From positions 115,550 to 179,549 of IMG/VR virus record IMGVR_UViG_3300020045_006153: a stretch of 64,000 nt of DNA. One strand, 5' to 3'. Of this stretch, positions 14,271 to 20,364 are shown in pieces; the stretch's first letter is position 1; the number at the start of each line of letters is the position of its first letter. The position numbers and the translations under genes are program-made. Under the pieces are notes generated by a model. The model did no database searches. It was not told where the DNA came from and saw only the letters and a list, made by a program, of their open reading frames with translations. The stretch is from a virus. Its lineage: Duplodnaviria > Heunggongvirae > Uroviricota > Caudoviricetes.

Positions 14271-14744
14271 ATGCGAATTAACGAAGTTATAATAAAACCT
14301 GCTCCCACTATTGAACAAGTTATTGAGGCTATGGGTGCTTGGTTTGAAATGTGGCAAGCATCGAAACAAGTTCCGATCATTTTAGCATCGCCTGCGGCTG
14401 CAAAGTTCAAGCATGTTGAAGGGAATACATTATTTCGATGCGTAGTCCTTACTAAAACTGGAAATTTTAAAGCACCGAAAACTACTTCGTTGATTGCAAC
14501 ATATACCACTGATATTAATGCTGCTCATAAATTTTACAATAGTTTATATATTGATAATCCATATGTAATTGTACAGAAAAAACTTAATCCCGCCGATGTG
14601 GCATTAAATTTCACAGCATTTGCTAATAGTTTAGGTCAAAGTGGAGGATGGGATGAAAAAGAAATCTGGATGAAGGCTACTCCTTATTACAAAGATATAA
14701 ATCCCGAAGAAATAGTTTTTGATTCGAGATCAGATCATAGTTAA
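14271..14744 (+). CDS. ART-fold protein (R-S-E type), late promoter
   Basis: TLFRCV, ATYTTDINAAHKF, DEKEIW motifs; TATAAATA at 14259; N-term MRINEVII. Confidence 0.55.
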   Translation: MRINEVIIKPAPTIEQVIEAMGAWFEMWQASKQVPIILASPAAAKFKHVEGNTLFRCVVLTKTGNFKAPKTTSLIATYTTDINAAHKFYNSLYIDNPYVIVQKKLNPADVALNFTAFANSLGQSGGWDEKEIWMKATPYYKDINPEEIVFDSRSDHS

Positions 14745-14772
14745 ACATATTATTGATAGTGTGTTTAACTAT

Positions 14773-14875
14773 GGTGCGTGAGGTACGCAGGACGTCAACG
14801 TGTATATCCTAAGACATAGACAAAATATTGTGGCCACAATATGCGACTAGTTTTAGGTTAACTCATGCACCGCCA
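14773..14875 (+). ncRNA. CCA-ended rod-like RNA
   Basis: GGTGCGTGAG/CTCATGCACC-G-CCA; internal ATATTGTGG/CCACAATAT. Confidence 0.5.
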
Positions 14876-15187
14876 AATTTAATGTTAGATGAGTTAGTAA
14901 CCGAGACACCTCGTCGTTGTCCTAAACCATATAATGGTGAGTAAAGGCTGCTGGAAAACCGATAAATTCCTTCTCAGGATTTGCAGCGACAGACATTAAT
15001 TGAATTATAGTTATAACTATCTGAGGACTCAACGAAAGTGTAGTCGCTGCATAGTACGCCTTAACTATATAAGGGCAACGTGAAGGCCCTTGTTATTAGT
15101 AGTATCGCGAGGGGTTCCTGGCGATACGAACAAACTAAAGGAGCGCCGGATCTCCACAACTCTTTGACAATTATCAGACTAAATTGT

Positions 15188-15260
15188 CACTATATTGAAG
15201 CATTGGGTTCATTGCCCTCAGCGCGAAGACTAGAAAGTACTAGTATGCTTCAATATAGTG
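15188..15260 (+). ncRNA. Long-stem cassette RNA 4
   Basis: 16-bp perfect IR CACTATATTGAAGCAT / ATGCTTCAATATAGTG. Confidence 0.5.
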
Positions 15261-15421
15261 TGTTATGCGTCTGAAATGAAATCCCTTCGAAAAGGATTGA
15301 CAGTAGGATAAGAAAAGCAACGTGAAGATCGAAGATACCTGCCTCTGAAGCAGACGTATTCGAAAGGCTAACGTAAGTATATTGCAATGAAAGCGTTAGA
15401 GGCTTATAACAGACTAGTTTT

Positions 15422-15498
15422 GGTGCGGTAGTATTATTGGCAATACGCTATCCTCATAAGGTAGAATGAAGGGAGTTCGAATCTCCCCCGCACCACCA
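15422..15498 (+). tRNA. tRNA-Met(CAT)
   Basis: CTATC-CTCATAA-GGTAG, ACCA. Confidence 0.88.
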
Positions 15499-15632
15499 TA
15501 TATTAAAACACATTGCCCTACCCAAGGGGTAGCAGACAGTGGTTGGAAGGATCTGCTCGTTGCTGATCGCGTTGGATGCACTCGGGTTGCACCGATGCCA
15601 ACAGATAGTGATTGCAGTGTGTTTCAATATAT
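15498..15632 (+). ncRNA. Long-stem cassette RNA 5
   Basis: IR ATATATTAAAACACATTGC / GCAGTGTGTTTCAATATAT. Confidence 0.5.
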
Positions 15633-15709
15633 GCCCATTTACGCTAATTGGAAGTGCGGATTCTCTCAAAAGGAGTTGGCTCTCGGTTCGAATCCGAGAA
15701 TGGGTACCA
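15633..15709 (+). tRNA. tRNA-Leu(CAA), short variable arm
   Basis: Loop CTCAAAA, paralog of 5507 tRNA, ACCA. Confidence 0.82.
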
Positions 15710-15837
15710 AGTTTAAGCAGAGCCTGACTGAAACGGGCATGAGATGTGGTAATACAAGGCCGAAAGCACAAGGGTTCAATTCCCTAGCGTCTTATTTCAG
15801 TCTGCTTAATTAATTTTCACAATGTTGCATATAGTAG

Positions 15838-16009
15838 TTGACAAAGTGTTAAATAGACAGTATAATTAATACATACACTAAGCAGTTAGTGTATAAAATA
15901 TATGTGTTGAGCAATTGCCCACTGTTTTGTGGGATGAAGGTAATAAGAAAACTATTGGATACGTTCATTAGTAGAAATATCTTTAACACATATCGCTCAT
16001 TAAAAATTT
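15838..16009 (+). promoter_or_regulatory. sigma70 promoter with downstream boxA-like site
   Basis: TTGACA(15838)-17-TATAAT; CGCTCATTAAAAATTT at 15994. Confidence 0.65.
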
Positions 16010-16301
16010 AACGTATAAGAGTTCTTATACACATACGCACAACGAAGTTTGATCGGTAGCAAGGTGCATCAAACAACCTATGTCTACAGTGCGTATATGT
16101 ATAGTAATTTTTATACACATGCACATAAATGCACAGTACATGCAGATATAGATGGACATTAGCCCGGCATACAGTTGGGTAGGCAGGTTCGATTCCTGTG
16201 AATGTGCAGTTGTATAAGAATTACACTTAGCCTGGATATAGTTTAGGTATTAAGGTAGGGACACCTCCGTCGTGAAACGTCCTAAGTGTAGTAAGTATAA
16301 T

Positions 16302-16376
16302 GGGGGATTGGCGTAATTGGGAACGCAGTAGCTTTGCAAGCTTCAGTCAGGAGTTCGAATCTCCTATCCTCCACCA
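16302..16376 (+). tRNA. tRNA-Ala(TGC)
   Basis: G3.U70, loop TTTGCAA, ACCA. Confidence 0.92.
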
Positions 16377-16382
16377 ATTTAG

Positions 16383-16518
16383 TTGTTTTATAAAAGCAAT
16401 CTTAGACGGATAGAATCCTGCAATAATAACAGGGTGTCTCTTCGGTTCCTGGTAGGGCGAACGGTGGTTATGTGCCAGCATGTACTGCTTATATCTTAGT
16501 GCGCTTTTATAAAACAAT
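16383..16518 (+). ncRNA. Long-stem cassette RNA 6
   Basis: 15-bp perfect IR TTGTTTTATAAAAGC / GCTTTTATAAAACAA. Confidence 0.5.
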
Positions 16519-16522
16519 TTAT

Positions 16523-16596
16523 TGCGGGTAGGGCAGTCACCACACCGGTCTCATAAGCCAGGTGCATCGGCCGTGCGAATCGGTCACCCGCATCCA
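16523..16596 (+). tRNA. tRNA with CAT anticodon (Met or Ile2)
   Basis: TGCGGGT/ACCCGCA, loop CTCATAA. Confidence 0.78.
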
Positions 16597-16776
16597 AATA
16601 CGCGCAGAGTGATGCTCTGCTAGGAGTGAAACAATTGTCGGTGTAACCTCTGCGTAAGATTACTTAACGGTGCTTACCCATGTTACAGGACTTCTTCGAA
16701 TGTAACTACTAATCCTAGAGAAATGTTTCAGATGCGAAGGCACAATCAGGTGGAAAGCCTGTTCAAATTGTTAGTT

Positions 16777-16861
16777 GCCCTGGTGGCGAAATTGGTAGAC
16801 GCACCAGATTTAGGTTCTGGCGCCGCAAGGCGTGGGGGTTCGAGTCCCCCCTAGGGCACCA
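16777..16861 (+). tRNA. tRNA-Leu(TAG), canonical long arm
   Basis: Loop TTTAGGT, GCC-GCAA-GGC arm, ACCA. Confidence 0.95.
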
Positions 16862-16871
16862 AAAGATAGAA

Positions 16872-16961
16872 GGAACGGTCCCATAATGGTATTGGAGAAG
16901 ATTGCTAATCTTTCGATCGTAGTAATACGGTTTCTGAGTTCGAGTCTCAGTCGTTCCGCCA
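16872..16961 (+). tRNA. tRNA-Ser(GCT)
   Basis: Loop TTGCTAA, long arm, GCCA. Confidence 0.92.
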
Positions 16962-16968
16962 TAGTTAT

Positions 16969-17130
16969 GTTGCGAGTTTAGTCGAGTGCGCTATCTATAG
17001 TAACGCACAAAGGTAGGTACCTAAAGACTATCCATTAATTTGAAAATATTATGTAGTAACAGTAGGTTGACTAGTTAAAACTTTCTGCGGGGCATAATAA
17101 CCCAAGGTTCGATTCCCGGGCGCAACTCCA
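16969..17130 (+). ncRNA. 162-nt tRNA-like RNA (acceptor + T-loop + CCA, large insert)
   Basis: GTTGCG/CGCAAC-T-CCA; GG-TTCGATT-CC. Confidence 0.5.
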
Positions 17131-17152
17131 AATTTAGTTTATTTTAAGGAAA

Positions 17153-17356
17153 ATGATGTATATTAAACCAACGAAGACATTCGTGTTAAGCAAGCGTTCA
17201 AAGACAATCGGTGCATTGTCGAAATTCAGAAGTGAAGACTTGCGTCATGACTTCAAGAACGCGATGATTCAAGCAGAACTTGCTTCGGCAATTCGTCCTG
17301 CGAATAAGAAGACACGTGATGTGAATAATATGCCTGTGGCTGACACAGAGGCATAA
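17153..17356 (+). CDS. Small basic hypothetical protein
   Basis: AAGGAA SD, ORF track. Confidence 0.6.
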   Translation: MMYIKPTKTFVLSKRSKTIGALSKFRSEDLRHDFKNAMIQAELASAIRPANKKTRDVNNMPVADTEA

Positions 17357-17367
17357 GTAAAGTATAT

Positions 17368-17442
17368 TCCACAGTAGCACAGCGGTAGTGCAGGAGACTG
17401 TTAATCTCTTGGTCGTTGGTTCGATCCCAGCCTGTGGAGCCA
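17368..17442 (+). tRNA. tRNA-Asn(GTT)
   Basis: GGAGA-CTGTTAA-TCTCT, GCCA. Confidence 0.93.
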
Positions 17443-17447
17443 AATTT

Positions 17448-17503
17448 AGAATGCGTTCTGCAACCAAAACAATTCAACTTTTAATTGAAAAATAAGCATT
17501 CTG
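17448..17503 (+). ncRNA. CTGCAA-motif RNA copy carrying Lys-type anticodon stem-loop
   Basis: AGAATGC-GTT-CTGCAA ... TTCAA-CTTTTAA-TTGAA ... GCATTCTG. Confidence 0.75.
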
Positions 17504-17513
17504 TTAGTTATTA

Positions 17514-17588
17514 GCCCGATTAGCGTAGTGGTAGCGCAATCGCCTTGTAAGCGATAGGTCGTCTGTTCGAACCAGACATTGGGCACCA
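17514..17588 (+). tRNA. tRNA-Thr(TGT)
   Basis: ATCGC-CTTGTAA-GCGAT, ACCA. Confidence 0.93.
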
Positions 17589-17593
17589 GTTTT

Positions 17594-17717
17594 AGGATAG
17601 GTACAGCAACCCATAAATCAATATGGAATGTTACGTGATACCCCGAAAGGGATTCTAGTAAATAGAGGAGTTTCGACAGTTCTTCTCGATAAACTCAAAA
17701 AGTAGACAACTATCCTG
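17594..17717 (+). ncRNA. CAGCAA-motif RNA copy with long multi-hairpin insert
   Basis: AGGATAG-GTA-CAGCAA ... CTATCCTG. Confidence 0.7.
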
Positions 17718-17725
17718 GTATTTTT

Positions 17726-17799
17726 GCGGGGTTCGTATAGTGGCAATACCTCAGTTTTCCAAACTGAAGCGAGGAGTTCGATTCTCCTACCCCGCTCCA
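17726..17799 (+). tRNA. tRNA-Gly(TCC)
   Basis: TCAGT-TTTCCAA-ACTGA, TCCA. Confidence 0.92.
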
Positions 17800-17810
17800 C
17801 TTATAATGTT

Positions 17811-18044
17811 ATGAATTTAACTGAACAACTTATTGAAATTGCTCGTGAGATTGAAAGCGAAGACCCGATTGATTGGGGAATGCTTGAAATCGATGAGTAT
17901 ACAGCATATGAACTAATGGCAGGAAGTATCCTTGAGAATTATCTCGCAACTGATGCAGATAGTAGGGATATGGTGTTATTAGCCACTGTATTAAAGTTGA
18001 CAGTAGAGAATTTTGTGTTAAACTTAAAGTTAATGCAGAAATAG
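17811..18044 (+). CDS. Acidic hypothetical protein
   Basis: In-frame ATG after tRNA. Confidence 0.6.
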   Translation: MNLTEQLIEIAREIESEDPIDWGMLEIDEYTAYELMAGSILENYLATDADSRDMVLLATVLKLTVENFVLNLKLMQK

Positions 18045-18050
18045 AATAAT

Positions 18051-18126
18051 AGGAACTTAACTCAGTTGGTAGAGTTTCTGCCTTACACGCAGACTGTCAT
18101 CGGTTCGAACCCGGTAGTTCCTACCA
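18051..18126 (+). tRNA. tRNA-Val(TAC)
   Basis: TCTGC-CTTACAC-GCAGA, ACCA. Confidence 0.93.
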
Positions 18127-18401
18127 AAGTTTTGCTAGTTAATAAACTAGCCGGTATTTGTATAGAGATGAGTGATTGCAACAATCTAATTATGCCTGAA
18201 CAGCATTATTGGAAACTTATATTTGTTCCAGTGATCCAAGATCATATTGCTTAATTGCATTGTTTATTGTTCCTTGGAAATATTGGTAACCTTTGTTTTT
18301 TGTTTGAGAATAGACCTCATGTATATTGCAAGTTGCATTTTGTCCCGCAATTAACTTGCTATACATTTACTGTAATAATTTAAATAGATAGAAAGAAGAA
18401 G

Positions 18402-18968
18402 ATGAAATTTACACTACGCAAGGCAAATGCTTTGCAAACAGCAATTCAAGAGCAAATTAAAGCGATCGAAGTTACAACTGATGTTTCGTTGAACGAATTT
18501 CAGTCTTCGGAATCCGCAATTCAAGTTGCACGTGATAAACTTGTAACCAATGACCTTAAACGTGCTCAATTGACCAAGACATTGTACGGTATTCGTGCAC
18601 AAATTGGTCGTGCAAACGTTGAGAGTGGTGTAAGTGACCTGCTTGCTGATGCTGCATACGTTGATAAGCGTATCAGTCACGTAAAAACTTTGTCTGAAAG
18701 CAAAGTAGTCGACGCATCTGAAGTAATTGTTGGCAAGTTAGAGAAACTTCGTACTGCTGATTCTGCAAGAAGTGCATACGGTTACAGCCAAACGGTCGAT
18801 ACTGGTGTGCTAACGGCGGAACAAATTGAGGATTACAAGTCAGAAATGCGTGAACTTAAGAAACGCAAGCAAAATATTAACGATAAGGTGCTAGAACTAA
18901 ATGTTCGCACTGAGATCGAACTAGATGATAGCACGGTAACACTGTTACAAGCGGAACAACTAGTTTAA
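18402..18968 (+). CDS. Coiled-coil hypothetical protein
   Basis: 188-aa ORF, heptad pattern. Confidence 0.7.
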   Translation: MKFTLRKANALQTAIQEQIKAIEVTTDVSLNEFQSSESAIQVARDKLVTNDLKRAQLTKTLYGIRAQIGRANVESGVSDLLADAAYVDKRISHVKTLSESKVVDASEVIVGKLEKLRTADSARSAYGYSQTVDTGVLTAEQIEDYKSEMRELKKRKQNINDKVLELNVRTEIELDDSTVTLLQAEQLV

Positions 18969-19066
18969 TTAGTAAGATACGCGGGCTGACCACAAGGACA
19001 CGTGTCAAGGTAAGGTATCTGAGGAGTAAGTAACAGGTTTGGTCATACTTACTCGCAAATAGTTTT

Positions 19067-19118
19067 AGGATTCATTCAGCAACTTAAATACTTTCATATG
19101 TAATAAAAGCGAATCCTG
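19067..19118 (+). ncRNA. CAGCAA-motif RNA copy (loop contains TT-CAT-AT)
   Basis: AGGATTC-ATT-CAGCAA ... GAATCCTG. Confidence 0.7.
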
Positions 19119-19130
19119 TTGTTTTTAGTT

Positions 19131-19204
19131 CAGGGTGTGGTGAAATGGTATCATGCGACGTTTGGGACGTCGTGGCGAAGGTTCGATTCCTTCTATCCTG
19201 ACCA
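19131..19204 (+). tRNA. tRNA-Pro(TGG)
   Basis: CGACG-TTTGGGA-CGTCG, ACCA. Confidence 0.92.
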
Positions 19205-19463
19205 AGTTTTGTAGTAAATCCCCCGGTGGGTGTTAAAAGGCGTTGCGGGTTGTTTATACAATCGTTAAATATCGAAGCGCAAACTAAATGAGTTTTGTCT
19301 CAGCCTACTATAAATTATTTTGCTGATGTGGACAAGGCGATCGTAAGCCCTCCATACGTAAACGTAGAATCAAAGTGTCTATGGCATCGGATCCATTTTG
19401 TGGCAAGTTAGGTCGACAGATTTATATCTGTATGTTGGTAAGGGGTAATTTCCGGAGGGACAT

Positions 19464-19539
19464 ACAGCGGTGGGAGGTAATATTACCCATTGTAAAGTGA
19501 GTTAATAGAAGTTGGGTTCGATTCCCAATTGCTGCACCA
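19464..19539 (+). pseudogene. Degenerate tRNA (no intact anticodon arm)
   Basis: ACAGCGG/TTGCTGC-ACCA and TTGGG-TTCGATT-CCCAA T-arm. Confidence 0.45.
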
Positions 19540-19556
19540 ATTTTTAAGGAAATAGA

Positions 19557-19727
19557 ATGAGCAAGGGTTCAAGACCACGTAAGTATAGCGTACCGCTAAA
19601 AGAGTTTGATAAGACATACGATAATATCTTCGGCGAAAAGCCAAAGAAAGAACAATATGTTCCACCACCACTTCCTAATATGGAAGAACCTAAGAAGCAA
19701 TCTCCTTGGGACAATACCTCGCTATAG
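19557..19727 (+). CDS. Small hypothetical protein (MSKGSRPR.., 56 aa)
   Basis: Manual translation; AAGGAAA SD; stop inside tRNA-Arg. Confidence 0.6.
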   Translation: MSKGSRPRKYSVPLKEFDKTYDNIFGEKPKKEQYVPPPLPNMEEPKKQSPWDNTSL

Positions 19728-19792
19728 TACAATGGATAGTACTACTCACTCCTACCGAGTTAATGTAGGTTCGATTCCTACTGGCGAGACCA
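19718..19792 (+). tRNA. tRNA-Arg(CCT)
   Basis: ACTCA-CTCCTAC-CGAGT, ACCA. Confidence 0.88.
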
Positions 19793-19802
19793 ACAAAGCA
19801 TA

Positions 19803-19836
19803 AAAGGCATATCATTTTGGTGATATGCCTTTTTTT
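19803..19836 (+). terminator. Intrinsic terminator ending tRNA region
   Basis: AAGGCATATCA/TGATATGCCTT + T7. Confidence 0.85.
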
Positions 19837-19841
19837 ACGAC

Positions 19842-19870
19842 TTGACACAAGGTAAAACCTATGTTATAAT
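19842..19870 (+). promoter_or_regulatory. sigma70 promoter with GGTAAAACC spacer box (also 22819, 28727, 31177)
   Basis: TTGACA-17-TATAAT, TG extension, conserved GGTAAAACC. Confidence 0.8.
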
Positions 19871-19907
19871 TAATGCATAGATTAACAAATAATGTAGAAA
19901 GTTTAAT

Positions 19908-20354
19908 ATGAAAAAAGGCGAGATGCTTGCAACAATGCTAGTCATTGCAACGAATGCACATTCTGGTCAATTTGATAAAGGTGGTAACCCCTACATTTTG
20001 CATCCGCTGAAGGTCATGCATTACACTAAGAGTGCAGATGAAGAAATTCAAGTCATGTCTCTAGGACATGATGTAATTGAAGATACCAGTGTAACATATA
20101 CTGACTTGCGTAATGCAGGTGTTAGCGAACGTGTAATTGCAGGAATTCGTTCGCTAACTAAGCAGCCAGGTCAAACATACGAAGAATACAAGGTTAGTGT
20201 TTTTGCTAATCGCGATGCTATGATTGTGAAGATGGCAGACTTGCGCCACAACAGCGATATTCGCCGCCTGAAAGGTGTAACTGAAAAAGACATTGCCCGT
20301 GTTGCAAAATATATGCAATTTTATTCTGAAATTCAAACAGCATTGGCTAATTAA
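19908..20354 (+). CDS. HD-domain protein, RelA/SpoT (p)ppGpp-hydrolase (Mesh1/SAH)-like
   Basis: AHSGQ.DKGGNPYILHP, HDVIEDT, VKMADLRHN motifs. Confidence 0.8.
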   Translation: MKKGEMLATMLVIATNAHSGQFDKGGNPYILHPLKVMHYTKSADEEIQVMSLGHDVIEDTSVTYTDLRNAGVSERVIAGIRSLTKQPGQTYEEYKVSVFANRDAMIVKMADLRHNSDIRRLKGVTEKDIARVAKYMQFYSEIQTALAN

Positions 20355-20364
20355 GGAGTTTATT

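Noticed and set aside
15016-15056. Hammerhead ribozyme (CTGAGGA..GAAA)
   Set aside because: Stem II does not pair and no NUH cleavage triplet precedes the stem I partner
3086-19792. Stop-codon reassignment as in some jumbo phages
   Set aside because: No CTA/TTA/TCA suppressor anticodon found and long genes end normally at TAA, TAG or TGA in code 11
3383-19803. Many ORF-track ORFs overlapping tRNA genes (e.g. 3383, 3639, 5023-5761, 6039, 6569, 13595, 15454, 17618, 18066)
   Set aside because: They are frames read through tRNA genes or their antisense; no SD or protein motifs
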